Shown one piece after another: positions 20,343 to 35,789 of a DNA stretch of 64,000 nucleotides. The notes under the pieces are model-generated. The model searched no databases. It saw only the letters and a list, made by a program, of their open reading frames with translations, and was not told the DNA's origin. Within the stretch, counting starts at the first letter, position 1; the number at the start of each line of letters is the position of its first letter. Position numbers and translations under genes: made by a program. Origin of the DNA: the human T2T-CHM13v2.0 reference genome, Homo sapiens. The stretch is from NCBI RefSeq assembly GCF_009914755.1, contig NC_060926.1. One strand, 5' to 3'.

Positions 20343-22029
20343 TTCCAGTGAGATATTTTTTAAATATATGCAGGATTATTCTAAAATATATATGGAAAGG
20401 CAAAGCTAAAACTAATGTGAAAAATGAAGAATAAAGTGAGATGAATCTACTAAATTCCATGACTTATTATATTGCTGCAGTAATCATGACTGTGTGTTAT
20501 CAGTGGAGGGACGGACATAGATAAATGGGACCCAATAAAGAAACCAGAAATACACCTGCATGAATAAGTCCAACTAATTTTTGACAAATATGCAAAAGTA
20601 ATTCCATGTGGGAAAAACAGTCTTCAAAAAATAGTGGAAAAATTGGCCATCTATAGGCAACAAAAAGAACTTCAACCTAAGTCTTATACCAAATGTATCA
20701 CAAGCTTTAAATTGAAACTGTAGATCTTTTAGAAAATAGGAGAAAATTGTTGAGAACTAAACCTACGCAAATAGTTCTTAGACTTGCTACCAGTAGCACA
20801 AATCCATAAAAGGGAAAACCTGGGCATCATCGAAATGAAAACTTTTGTTCTGTGAAATATCCATGTTAAGAGGATGTAAATCAGTTATACACTGGGAGAA
20901 AACATTTACATACCACATATACTACCAAGGACTAGTTTCCAGAATATATAATGGACTCTCAAAGCTCGAAAGAAAAAAAAATACAATTCAATTAGAAAAC
21001 GGGCAAAAAGACATGTAGAGACATTTCAAAGATTATACACAAATGACAAATAAGCACATAAAAGATATTCAATGCCACTAACCATTAGAGTAATGCAAAC
21101 TAAAACGACAATGAGATATCAATACATAACTACCAGAAAGGCTAACAAAAAAACAGTCATAACACACCAAAGGCTGATGAGTGAGGATGTGCAGAAACCA
21201 AATCACTCATACATTGTTGGTAGGAATGTCAAGTGGTACAGCTGCTCTGGAAAGTTAAGCAGTTTCTTAAATAACTAACCATGCAACTTAGCACACTGCA
21301 ATCCCTGGGAATTGATCTCAGAGAAATGAAAACTTATGTTCGCACAAAAACCTGTACACAAATGTTTACAGCAGTTTTATTCATAAATAAAGCCCCAAAC
21401 TGAAAACAACCCAAATGTCTTTCAATAAGTAAATGATTAAAAAGTTGTGGTACATCCATATCATGGAATAGTATTTGGTGATTAAAAAGAGAAACAATGC
21501 TTCATGCATACAACAACTTGAATGATTCTCCAAAGAATTATTCTGAGAGAAAAAAGACAATTCCAAAAGATTATATACTACATGATTCCATTTATGTAAC
21601 ATTCTTGAAATGAGAATATGATAGAAATGTGGGAATAGATTAATGGGTGCCAGAGTTATAAAGGGCATGGGGAGAAGGGGAAATGGTTGTGGCTATGAAA
21701 GCACAACGTAAGGGATCCATGTGGTGGTAGAAATCTTTGTGTTTTGACTGTATCAATGTCAACTGATACCATGATTTTGGTATAGTTTTTCAAAGTGTTG
21801 CCATGGGAGGAAATTGGGTAAAGGGTCCTCTGGGCTCTCTCTGTATGATTTCTTACAACTTCATGTGAATGTACAGTAGTTATCTAGCAATGAAAACATC
21901 TGTTAACCAGCTAGAGAAATTATTAACTTTTGCAAGAAGACACTTTCACTTTTCAAGCACCTTAAAATTTAGTGTATTCTAGTGATTATTATAATTTTAT
22001 GAGATTTATAAATATAAACACTAGTAGTC

Positions 22030-22202
22030 GGTATAAAAAGCAGCAGTTCAAATAAACCGGAGAAACTCACCATCTTATATGCCTGTACTAGCGATTCAAC
22101 CAACATGTAATTGTATTAGAAGCTCTGAGGAGTCTTGGTGAGTAGACAGCTAACTTTGCTTAACTACTGTTAAACTTTAAACTCAGTGGAGCCAGAGTAT
22201 TT
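22030..22202. repeat. Left arm of ~173-bp inverted repeat (partner 23307-23478)
   Basis: Reverse complement aligns to 23307-23478 with ~19 differences by manual count. Confidence 0.93.
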
Positions 22203-23306
22203 GTAGTCTCTGTGTCACTTGGATGTACTTTGTCTTTTGATATAGAAAGAAAATTTCTGATTTAATTCCAAAGTATATTTTAAAAGACTGTTTCTACAAA
22301 ATACCAACATATTTTAGTCAAAAATTAAGCATATTGATAATTTTCTACAAACAAATTGGATCAGCGGCTGTGTTACAGTTGCTAAGGGCAAGCTGACAGT
22401 GACTTTACTGCTTTTAAATTTAATACACAGTTATGCACAAATATACATTGATATGCATAAGTGCATATGCGTATACATGCATATACATATACACCCGCAT
22501 ATATGATGTTCTCATTAGTATGCACTCGGGTAAGAAAGTGAAAATTTTTCTAAGGCTCCTTTTTTTAAAATAAAAACTAATGAAAGCTAGAGAAAGGTGG
22601 CACTAGCTCTCTTTGAAAAGGGTTTAAAAGTGGTTATCCTATACCTGAATTAATCACTCACTTAGGCTGGTGTATTTCAGTTTACACATCATGAAGCAAT
22701 AGAACACAGATTAGCAACTATGATGTAATCCTATGATTTTTACCCAATGGCTGAAAAAAAAAATCTTCCACCACACAAAGCTGTTGAAATGCATCTTATT
22801 CCACACATACGGTAGGAACAATACTTAGCATCAGGAACCAACAAGTCAGTTTCCTGGCTTCCTGACTTCTTAGTTTAATTACGTGTAGGACAAGCACATC
22901 CTCCTCTGTGATCTCACATCTGGCAAGCACAGCTCTCATGCCAAGGACACTGATGTTACGATTTTTATTTCTACTATTCCAAGGTGAACTTCTCTCCTGA
23001 ATTTCCATGTTCCTACTATCTATCCCCGTGTTTCCTATTTCTGGTAATTATACACCTCTTCCTATAATCTTTTATTTTCTGCAGCTTTGGTCTTGCTCAC
23101 TTTTACACCTAATACTAAAATTTAAATTTTATATAACTAAATATTGGTGCTAATCATGTGAAGTGAATTATTTTAAGAAGAATGCATTCATATTCCTGCA
23201 TTCACAGACCCAGAAAATAAAGAGGTAATTATTATGCTAGATAAAAGAGCTCGTGGAAGTATAGACAGATACTAGATAACAGATTGTTCATAGGTATATA
23301 TGAAAA

Positions 23307-23478
23307 AAATATTCTAGCTCCATTGAGTTAAAATTTAACAGTAGTTGAGCAAAGTTAGCTGTCTACTCACCAAGACTCCTCAGAACTTCTAATGTAATTA
23401 CATGTCGGATGAATCACTAATACAGGCATATAAGATGCTGAGTTTCTCCAGTTTATTTGAACCACTGCTTCTCATACC
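23307..23478. repeat. Right arm of ~173-bp inverted repeat (partner 22030-22202)
   Basis: Contains agcaaagttagctgtctactcaccaagactcctcaga, the exact reverse complement of the left-arm core. Confidence 0.93.
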
Positions 23479-26085
23479 ATATACTGCAGGTGCTATGAGC
23501 CAAAGGTTCATCTCAGAAGCAGTAACCAACAGTAAAAAGCCGCCTCACTTACTTGTGCACGAACTCTGCAGTGTAGCTAGAGCTGTGTGCCAGGACAACA
23601 TGAATGATCAGATGGGCACAAAATCAAGACACTCAGGTTATGAGCTCAAAAATTAGGTTCTTCTAAAAAGTGTGGCTATCGAAATGACAAAAGTTAAAAG
23701 TTTCAGAATATATGATTATTAGGTGACACAGATTTCCAAGAATTGAGTGAAAGCACTTTTCCAGGATGTCCAGAGAATAGACGAAATCAGAATCATTTGC
23801 AGCACAGGCTCCTTGACAACAGAAAGCTCTTCAAAATAAGTGTAAAATCCAGCATACATGTGTCATGCTTTCCTCTTAATTCATTCTGTCTTCCACTCAA
23901 GCCACTATCAATCACTAGGCAAAAGGTATTTGGATGAAAGTTCTCCATAAATACTGAAGAGGATATTTTCCTTGTCTGGGCCATTGAAGAATGGCAAAGA
24001 TAAGGATGGAAATTAACTAGTGTAGAAATCAAGATAATTACACTTGAAAAGCAGCCTTATTATGGATCTTTGGAATATCATGAAAATCAGAAATTCTGAA
24101 ATTGAATTTTAATAATAATCAGAAAAAAAATTGTGACAAATATGCCAAGGCAATTCAACCCATAAGAGAAGCCTCTTAGACAAATGGTACTGAAATAACT
24201 GCATAACATATTGACAGGAAAAAATAAAACTTAGCTTGTGATATAGTATATCTCAGGAAAACATGGTTACCACCTTAACAAGGAAAATAAGACTGATAGA
24301 GTCAAGATTATAAATTTTAATGCCTGTTAGAGAAGTAAAGCCATTAAGAAACATACATCAATTGAAACCCAGGAATGGATTCCCCGGCCACCCAGCACCC
24401 ACAAGGAAATAAAGAGGAGACCCATGGCTTCCTTCTTTCTGGGTAAAACGATGGACAGAAGAGAAGGCTGCCATTAATAGGAGTTAGAAGAAACCAGGTA
24501 ACGTTTTACAAAAATATAAAGGTTCACTATGCTCGTGTGTTGGTTTAGAATCCCTAGGCAGTTCCTCTACCCACCTGCCAATGTTTTGCCATGGACCTTC
24601 ACAGAATCTTCAACTGGAAATGATGGGTGAGAGAAAGAAGAACTTCTAAAGTGTATGAGCTTCAGTGACCATTGAAAGCTAAGAGCAGGGAACAGGAACC
24701 CCTGAGGTATATATCTGGGCTTCCAATAAGTACTAGGCAGGAAATACTGGTGGCTGGGGATGGGTCAGGGAGAGCTAAGAGAGAATTACCCTCAGGAGCC
24801 AAGGCATAGAGCTTCCTAAAGCTGGGGACAAAAGTAAGAGAACTGAGGCACACAAGCGCTTGACATCTTCACTGAATATACTGCTACAGCCTCTAATGCA
24901 GAGAAGAGCACTAAGGTAGAAAGGCTGGGAGTAGAACTACCACAGTCTGTACCACAGAACACAAATATAAATCCTAGACATGGAACATCTATCTAAGGAT
25001 TCTGGAAAGTAAACAGTAGCAGTGGAGAAGGAAACCAGAATTAGAAGTTCCGCTGAACCAGCAGTGAGCCTACCATTTTTCACCGCCTGGTATCACCGGG
25101 TCTAGACTCACAGCCCAAAACTCAGAAGTATACACCAGATGTGGACAGAATAAGCTCCAGAAGCAGCATTCTTTCTAGTCCAAGGAGCAGGAAAGGGAGC
25201 CCCAAAGGATCAGAGAAGCAGGGACTTACAATGTTTAGTTTTTTCCTAGTTTCCCTTCTCTTGTTCCCTAGCCCCAGAAAAATCTGCACTGATGGTGGCA
25301 GCAGAAGGATGGCACTCAGATGGCAAGGTCATCACCTAAAGCTCTGAAGGAGGGGGACCTTGTTCCTTCCCAGAGGAGCTTCAATCAGAAGAGTAAGAAA
25401 CAAATTCCTAATACCTTTTTCCCCCTCTCTATCTTCTGACTGTTTTGTTCCAGACATAGATGTAATCATGAGAAGTGGGCAGAAGAGAAGAAAAACTAAT
25501 GTTCCAGCTTTCTAGATAAAAGATCAGGAAAGGAGGCTCCAATGAGGCTAAAAATGCCAGAGAGCTCCACAAAGAGAGGGAATCATCAAAGGAGCAATAC
25601 CATAAAGTCGTGCATGAAGTACTATGCTTGCCTCTGAGCTACACCTATGTGGATCTGATCATAAACACCACAAAGAAGACCAGAGACGAGATCACACTGG
25701 CCTCAGGTAGTACACACATGGAATAAATCCAAAAAGTATTGTGAACACTATGGAAAGTCAGGTGATATTAGAGCCACAGCCCACAGAAGTCAGGTCAGAA
25801 CTTGAGGCCTGAACCTCACCTGGCCAATTGCCAGCTAAAACAAAACAAATCAACATTATCTTTTGAATTAAAGCAAGACAAAGAATACCATAATACAATA
25901 TCCAAAATATCCAGAATACTGTCCAAAATCACTCAACATATGAAGAACAGGGAAAATCTCAACTCATGAGAAGAAAAGATCAACAGATAACAACCCCAAG
26001 ATGACACAGATGTTGGTTTAAAAAAAAAACAAAAACAGGGCTTTAAAGAACGAAATATAACCTTCTTTTCAAAAGAAGAGCAAAC

Positions 26086-26482
<397 letters not shown>

Positions 26483-29309
26483 TTACTGGATTGAGAATAC
26501 CAGAATGGAGATGATCAAGAATCAATTAATGTGAAAATATATAGATAGACATTATCCAATATGTTCAAAAGAGAACAAAAATGAAGGGCAATAATAAAAG
26601 TTATAGCATTTATATCAACAGCCTCAGAAAGACAGGAGAAAAAGTGTGGTGCAAACATACATGTATCTGAAGAAATAATTTGGTGAAAGACAAATTTGCT
26701 GATTCAAGAAACTCAGTGAACCCCAAACAGGATAATTTCAAAGAAATCTATGTCCAAACACATCATAACCACACTGCAGGAAACCAAAGAAAAAAATAAG
26801 AATATATTGAAAATTGCCAGAGAAAGAAACTGGGGAAGAATAACTCTAATGACTGTAGGTTTCTCTTTAGAAATCATGGAAACTAGAAGGAAGTAGAACA
26901 TTTTTGAAGTTCTGAAAGGAAGAAACTACCAACAAGCTTTTAGAAAATAAAACTTGTAACAAGTTTTGTTTCATTGTCATCAAAAAGTAAAAAATAATTA
27001 GGATTCAGGAGCTCTATGCCAACAACTATCAAATATTGCTGAGAGATATTAAGAAAGACCTAAATGAACAGAGATTTACATCATATTTGTGGATTAAAAG
27101 ATTCAATATTTTAAGATGTCACTTCTGCCCACATTGATACAGAGATTCAATGCTATTATTAAAAAGTCACTGGAGGTAGTGTGAGGAAATTGACAAGCTG
27201 TTTCCAATACTGACATGGAAATTACAGGGACCTAGAACAGCAAAAATATCTTGGAAACGAACAAAGTTCTTTTTTTAAAATCTTATTACACAATCAAAAT
27301 AATCAAACAGTGTGGTATTTGCAAAGCACAAACAAACAGAAATAAAAGAAGTTAGAGTCCAGATATTGAGTTGTGCATGTAGAGACAAAGGGTTTTCAGC
27401 AAAGGAACCAAGAAATTCAATAAAGGAAATAAATTCATTTCAAAAAATGATACAAATGTGGATATCTACATTTAAAAAAATACAACTTAACCCCTAAACA
27501 CACATCATAGATAAAAATTAAGTCCCAACAGATCATGGACCTAAAACATAAAATCTAAAACTATAAAACTTGTAGAAGAAAACACAAAACAATATTTTTT
27601 GTAAACATAGGGTAGGCAAACGTTCCTAGAATACAGAAAGCATAAACTAGAAAAATAAATAGAGTTTTAATACTAGACTGCTTCTGTTCACCTAAAGACG
27701 CCATTATTTAAAATAAATATGCAAACCAAAGAATGGGGGAAAAATTGCAACACATATTTTGACAAGAGACTTATATTCAAAATATGTAAAGAACTCATAC
27801 CACTCAATGATTTCTTTAAAAAGCAGTCACCTCCCTCAAATAGGCAAAATAATTTAACAAATACATAAATGGACAATAAGCACATGAAAAGTACTCAACA
27901 TCTTTTATCATCAAGGTAATGCAAATTAATGCCTGAGATATAAATACATATCAATTACACTGGCTAAAAATAAAACTGACTATTTCAAATGTTAACAAGA
28001 ATATCAATCAACCAAATCTCTCATATATTTCTAGTGGAAATGTAAAATGGAACAGCTACTTTGAGAAACAGAATGGTTCATTATTTTAAAGTAAAACATA
28101 TACGATAATACCAGCAATTTCACTCCTAGGTATTTATCAAAGAGAAATAAAAATATATGCCCATAATAATGACTTGCACATGAATGTTCATAGTAGCTTA
28201 ATTCATACCAGCCAAAAATTGGAAACCACCCAAATGTATAAATGTGTGTATATTTATACAATGAACTACTAATCAGCAACTAAAGGAAGGAACTACTTAC
28301 TAATTTATATAATGACATGAATGAATTTCAACAACATTATGCTGTGTGGAAGAATTAAGACACAAAAAAAAGCATATAGTTCAGATTTCATTCATATGAA
28401 ACCAAAGACCCAACAGAACTAATTTGATCCATTCAATGCAATTCCTATCAAAATCCCAGTTGGCTTTTTTTTTCTTTCTTTTTTTTTTTTTTTTTTTTTT
28501 TTGCAGAAATGAACAAGCTGATGCTAAAATTGATATGGACATGCAGATGCAAAGAGCTTAGAATAGAAAAAAATCTTTAAAGAAAAGAGAGAACACACAC
28601 TTCTCAATTCCCTCAATTCTAAAGTTTACTATAGTAGTATTTGTGTTATTTGATTACTACAGTAACCTAGAGAGTTTGTTACTGGCACACAGATAGACTA
28701 ATAGATCAATGTAATAGAATTCAAAGTTCAGAAACAAACCTTCACGTTCATGTTAACTGATTTTTAAAAAGAGCACCAAAGCAATTCAATAAAGACAAAA
28801 ATATTCTTTTCAACAAATGATGCTAGGATGATTAGATAGCCACATGCAAAAGAATGAGGTTGGACCCATTCCTTAAGCCACACAAAAAAAATAATTCAAA
28901 AAAGACCACAGACTTCAATGTAAGGAAGGGCTAAAACTATAAAACTTTTACAGGAAAATCTTCATGACTCTGGGTTAGTTAAAGCCTTCTTAGAGATTAC
29001 ACCAGAAGTAAAAGCAACAAAAGAAAAACCAAATTGAAATTCTTCAAAATTCAAAACATTCATGTTTTAAAGGACAATATCAAGAAAGCTAAAAGAATGC
29101 CTACAGAATAGGAGAACATATTTGCCAATCATTTCTCGTAACAGACTGATACGTTTACAAAAACAACTGCACAAGAATTTCATAGCAGCCTTATTTGTAA
29201 TACGCCACACTGCAAACAGCCCAAATATCTGTCAAAAGGAACGTGGATAAACAAATTGTAGTGTATTCATAAAGAAACATACCACTCAGCTATTTTTTAA
29301 AAACCAAGC

Positions 29310-29816
29310 TATAGTTGTCCCCGCTTATCCACAGGGAATATGTTCCAGGACCCTGAAACCACATGTAGTACCAAACCCTACATATACTATTTTTTTCTTA
29401 TAATACACATGTACTTATGATAAAATTTAGTTTCTAAATTGTGCACAGTTAAGAGATTAACAACAATAATAAAATAGAATCATTACAACAATATCCTAGA
29501 GTAAAAGTAAAATAGGTGTTCCTTGGAAACAAGCACTGAGATACCATGATAGTTGATGTGATAACCAGGCTGGCTACTAAGTGACTAACAGGCAGTGGTG
29601 ACTACAGCGTGAATCTGCTGGACATAAGAATGACTCACATCGTCAGACAGCACAAGATGCCATTTGATTTCATCACGTTACTCAGCAGGGCACACAATTT
29701 ATAACTTATGATTTACTTACAGGATGTTCTACTCAAAATTTTCAGACTACAGCTAGACACAGATAATAGAAATGGCAGCTACTGAAACCTTAGATAAAAG
29801 AGGACTGACTACTGTA
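29310..29816 (+). mobile_element. MER44 (Tigger7-derived) DNA transposon fossil
   Basis: Ends tagttgtccccgcttatcc... and ...gataaaagaggactgactactg(ta); internal gcacagttaagagattaacaacaataataaaataga. Confidence 0.8.
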
Positions 29817-30270
29817 CCAAGACACACAAAATATAGATGAATCTCAAAAACATTAGGTTGAAGTAAAGAAGCCAGACACAAAAGAGTACACACTGTAAAC
29901 ATTTACATAAAGTTCAAAAACAGGCAAGACTGATACATATATTACATAAAGTATATCAATGATTGTTTATGCAGTGGTGGGTATGTGGCTGACAAGAGTT
30001 AAAAGAGAATTTATTGTGGTGATAAAGATATTCTATACCTGGATCAGGGTGTTGTTTCACAAGACCATATAAACTCATCAAATTAGACAATGAAGACATG
30101 CATTTCACCACATGTAAGTTTTACGACAATTTCTTAAAGTAAAATGGAAAGAAAGTATCATGCTTCATGGTGTCCTATGCTTCTCCGCCTCATTTCAAAA
30201 ACAACACAGAGACATAGAAGGCCATTCCAGCCACAAGAGGAACTAGGAGATTCTGCGCTTAAGAAAGTTG

Positions 30271-31975
30271 AAGGAGAACTACAAACCACTGCTCAACGAA
30301 ATAAAAGAGAACACAAACAAATGCAAGAACATTCCATGCTCATGGATAGGAAGAATCATTATCATGAAAATGGCCATACTGCCCAAGGTAATTTATAGAT
30401 TCAATGCCATCCCCATCAGGCTACCAATGACTTTCTTCACAGAGTTGGAAAAAACTACTTTAAAGTTCATATGGAACCAAAAAAGAGCCCACATTGCCGA
30501 GTCAATCCTAAGCCAAAAGAACAAAGCTGGAGGCATCATGCTACCTGACTTCAAACTATACTACAAGGCTACAGTAACCAAAACAGCATGGTACTGGTAC
30601 CACAACAGAGATATAGACCAATGGAACACAACAGAGCCCTCAGAAATAATACCACACATCTACAACTATCTGATCTTTGACAAACCTGACAAAAAGAAGA
30701 AATGGGGAAAGGATTTCCCTATTTAATAAATGGTGCTGGGAAAACTGGCTAGCCATATGGAGAAAGCTGAAACTGGATCCCTTCCTTACACCTTATACAA
30801 AAATTAATTCAAAATGGATTAAAGACTTAAATGTTAGACCTAAAACCATCAAAACCCTAGAAGAAAACCTAGGCAATACCATTCAGGACATAGGCATGGA
30901 CAAGGACTTCAGGTCTAAAACACCAAAAGCAAAGATAACAGAAGCCAAAATTGACAAATGGGATCTCATTAAACTAAAGAGCTTCTGCACAGCAAAGGAA
31001 ACTACCATCAGAGTGAACAGGCAACCTGCAGAATGGGAGAAAATTTTTGCAATCTACCCATCTGACAAAGGGCTAATATCCAGAATCTACAAAGAACTTC
31101 AACAAATTTACAAGAAAAAAAATCAAACAACCCCATCAAAAAGTGAGCAAAGGAGATCAACAAACACTTCTCAAAAGAAGACATTTATGCAGCCAACAGA
31201 TACATGAAAAAATGCTCATCATCACTGGCCATCAGAGAAATGCAAATCAAAACCACAAAGAGAAACTATCTCACACCAGTTAGAATGGTGATCATTAAAA
31301 AGTCAGGAAACAACAGGTGCTGGAGAGGATGTGGAGAAATAGGAACACTTTTACACTGTTGGTGGGACTGTAAACTAGTTCAACCATTGTGGAAGACAGT
31401 GTGGCGATCCCTCAAGGATCTAGAACTAGAAACACCATTTGACCCAGCCATCCCATTTCTGGGTATATACCCAGAGGATTATAAATCATGCTGCTGTAAA
31501 GTCACATGCACACATATGTTTATTGCAGCACTATTCACAATAGCAAAGACTTGGAACCAACCCAAATGTCCATGAATGATAGACTGGATTAAGAAAATGT
31601 GGCACATATACACCATGGAATACTATGCAGCCATAAAAAAGGATGAGTTCATGTCCTTTGTAGGGACATGGATGAAGCTGGAAACCATCATTCTGAGCAA
31701 ACCATCGCAACGACAGAAAACCAAACACCGCATGTTCTCACTCATAGGTGGGAACTGAACAATGAGAACACTTGGACACAGGAAGGGGAACATCACACAC
31801 TGGGGCCTGTCATGGGGTGGGGGAAGCGGGGAGGGATAGCATTAGGAGATACACCTAATGTAAATGACAAGTTAATAGGTGCAGCACACCAACATGGTAC
31901 ATGTATACATATGTAACAAACCTGCACATTGTGCACATGTACCCTAGAACTTAAAGTATAATAATTAAAAAAAAA
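30271..31975 (+). mobile_element. 5'-truncated L1PA5-like LINE-1
   Basis: ORF2 C-terminal peptides, 3'UTR and poly(A); TSD AAGAAAGTTG at 30261-30270 and 31974-31983 at a TT|AAGAAA endonuclease-type site. Confidence 0.95.
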
Positions 31976-33305
31976 GAAAGTTGTCTTCTAAAATTCTTGC
32001 CTTATTTGAAAATGGAACAAACCAGTATAAAATCTCCATGTTTCCTGGAAGAATGCTATCTCTGCCTCCGGTATCTGACTTGGAATAAAAGAAGGGAGGA
32101 ATTTACCTAAATCTAAGTGTCGGCAGTCCTGGAGTCAGCAGGGGTTACCTGGAGGGCAGAGTGCTATACAAAAAGAATACGATCTTTGGGAATGGTATTT
32201 TTCCTTGAAAGAATACTAGGAAAATCTAAAGGTTTCAAACCATTCCAACTTTTGAAAGATAGTTTAAAGTTGGACTAAATCAGCTATATAAATCCACAGC
32301 ATTATTCTGAAGATTTCTTTGCAAATTCCTAGAATTTTATCTCTTTACAAGTGTTTTATCTGTTGGAATAAAAAAGAGGGTGTTTAATTTATTAACTTGG
32401 TTTTATGTAACCTTTTGCTCAACAGAAGTTATTGCTTTTTACAATATCTACTCTCTATCTTTTACCTTCACAGTTTATGACCCTAGTGTCAGGCTTAGAC
32501 GTGCCTTCACTAACCCCAGATCATAAAAATGAAAAAACATATTCTCTAAAATTTCCCCTAGGAAAGCTAATATTTTCTTCTACTTTCTTGTGTCTTCTTT
32601 TCTGATGGTATTATGGTTTTATTTTTAATTTCAGCATTTTTATTTAAATTTTCTATCAGATTGATACTGATAAAATATTTTAAATACTCACAAAATGAGA
32701 CATCAGTTAATACCATTCAGATTTCACAATTTTTAAACAGTTTTAGGATATCTGCTTCATCAAAACATTAAATAAATGGACATAACTGAAGACTCCCCCC
32801 CATCAGAGGTATCCAAATTTGGCGTGTGTTATTTCCATACATGTTAGATTTTTTTATGTTGTTTTTAACATCCGCCAAGTTCACACACACAGATCGACTT
32901 CATTTTAACTGCTGGATATTATTTCACTGTTTGAAGAAATCAGTTTATTCATTTGTCCTCCTGAGGGGCCTTGAAATTGTTTGACTTTTTCATTTTTAGA
33001 AACAGTGCTAAAGAGTAAATCTTTATATGAGCCACGTTTCGCATATGTTAGTGATTTTCTAGGACTGAAACATGTAAGTGGGATTGCTGGGTCACAGGCT
33101 GTGTTTTGGCTTCAAGTTTACTGGGAAACAGAAATTAAAACTCCCACTGACAATGTAGAATTTCCATTTCTACATATCCTTGCCTACTGATGTTTTCAGA
33201 CTTCTAAAGTTTTCCCAAATAAATGGGCATGGGGTGCTAACCCAGTGATGTTTTGACTTACAATGTGCATTTTTCTGAAAGAGAAATTTCAATGTTTATT
33301 GGTCA

Positions 33306-33716
<411 letters not shown>

Positions 33717-33762
<46 letters not shown>

Positions 33763-33798
33763 CAGACAGATAGATAAAGATAGATAGACAGGCAGACA
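33717..33798 (+). repeat. Compound (GATA)11-(GACA) tetranucleotide STR replacing the Alu tail
   Basis: Direct read. Confidence 0.95.
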
Positions 33799-34716
33799 AA
33801 AATTGTCAGAGCAGCCTTTTAAAATTGTCCATTTTATTCTCACTAAATTGTAATTCTACTTCCATTATATATTCCTATATATGTGTGGGTCTACTTCAAG
33901 GTTTTTCATTCTGTTCTCTAGTTTACTTGAATATCTTTGTCCCAACATCACACTAATTTGCTTTACCTTCAAAATAAATCTTCAAGTGTAGTGGGACACC
34001 ATATCCTTCCATTATCTTCATTTATAATCATGTCATATGTATTTAAACTTATATATTTTCATAGTAATATTTGTATTAGCTTGCCAAATGCTGTGAAAAC
34101 CTTCTTGGGATTCTCATTAAGATTATACTGAAAGCATAAATCATTTGGGGGTAAGCTGATATCTTTATGGTATTCCATCTTCCCTTCCATGAATATGCCA
34201 TATATATATATCTCTTTTTATATCCATTAATAATTTTCTCCATCAATATCTCATACATTTCTTCTTAGATTTATTCCTATATGCCTTTTTTACTATTTTA
34301 AATATTATAGTTTAAAACTATATTTTCTAAGGGCTGATGATTGATATGTAGGAATTCTATTAATTCATTTTATATACAGCAATCTTCTAAATTTTGACTA
34401 AAGATTCCTTTAGATTTTCTACTTAGACAATCATTACTTGCAAATAATCTAAACTATGCTTTTTGCCCAGCTCTTATACTACTTTTCTTACTCCAGTAGC
34501 TAGGATCAGAAGTACAACAATAAAATGAGGCAATGACAGAAGGCGTTCTAGTCTGGTTATGGTTTTTAAAAGGAATATTTCTCACATTTCATCATTAAGT
34601 ACAATGTTTACTAAAGATTCTTAGTGGGGATATCCTTTATCAATTTAAGGAAATTTCCATTTTTTAAAAAAATTATAAACTAATATTACATTTTATCGAA
34701 TATTTTATACTATGTG

Positions 34717-35789
34717 TGTTGCGGGAAGTCAGGGACCCTGAACAGAGGTACCAGCTGGAGCCGAGGCAGAAGAACATAAATTGTGAAGATTTCATGGACA
34801 TTTATCAGTTCCCAAAATTAATACTTTTATAATGTCTTATGCCTGTCTTTACTGCAATCTCTGAACATAAATTGTGAAGATTTCATGGACATTTATCACT
34901 TCCCTAATAATACTCTTATAATTTCTTATGCCTGTCTTTACTTTAATCTCTTAATCCTATTATCTTTGTAAGCTGAGAATGTACATCACCTCAGGACCAC
35001 TATTGTACAAACTGATTGCAGAACATGTGTGTTTGAACAATATGAAATCTGATTGTAAAATATGTGTTTGAACAATATGAAATCAGTGCCCCCTGAAAAG
35101 AACAGAATAACAGCAATATTCAGGGAACAAGGGTGACTGCTTGCAGGGTCAGGCAGAATACAGCCATATTTTTCTTCTTGCAGAAAGCCTATAAACGGAT
35201 GTGCAAGTAGGAGAAATATCGCTGAATTCTCTTCCCAGCAAGGAATAACCCTGGGTAAGGAATGCATTCCTGGGGGTAGGTCTATAGACTGCTGCTCTGG
35301 GAGTGTCTGTCTTATGCGGTTGAGATAAGGACTGAAATACGCCCTGGTCTCCTGCAGTACGCTCACACTTACTAGGATTGGGAAATTCCAGCCTGGTAAA
35401 TTCTAGTCAGACCAGTTCTCTGCTCTCGAACCCTGTTTCCTGTTAAGATGTTTATCAAGACAATGCATGCACAGCAGGACATAGACGCTCATCAGTAATT
35501 CTAATTTTGCCTTCTCCTTGTGATCTTTATTGCCCTTTGAAGCATGTGATCCTTGTGACCTTCTCCCTGTTCATGCACCCCCTCCCCTTTTAAAATCCCT
35601 AATAAAAACTTGCTGGTTTTGTGGCTCAGGGTTGTCATCATGGTCCTACCAATATGTGGTGTCACCCCTGGAGACACAGCTGCAAAATTTCTCTCTTTGT
35701 ACTCTTTCTCTTTATTTCTCAGACCAACTGACACTTAGGGAAAATAGAAAGGACCTACAGGGCTTTTTTGGGGGCTGGTTTCCCCGATA
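34717..35789 (+). mobile_element. MER11 (A/B-type) solo LTR, ERVK/HML-8 family
   Basis: Starts TGTTGCGGGAAGTCAGGGACCC, ends ggggctggtttccccgata; AATAAA at 35601; perfect 6-bp TSD TATGTG (34711-34716 / 35790-35795). Confidence 0.93.

Noticed and set aside
22430-22510. Alternating purine-pyrimidine tract inside the inverted-repeat spacer
   Set aside because: Degenerate (TA/CA/TG)n low complexity; AT-rich, so a weak Z-DNA candidate.
30144-31916. Overlapping ORFs of 123-176 aa
   Set aside because: L1 ORF2 C-terminal debris with stops and a frameshift.
34770-35085. Internal ~90-bp and ~35-bp direct repeats resembling an array
   Set aside because: As I recall, these are part of normal MER11 U3 structure; not CRISPR-like or locus-specific.
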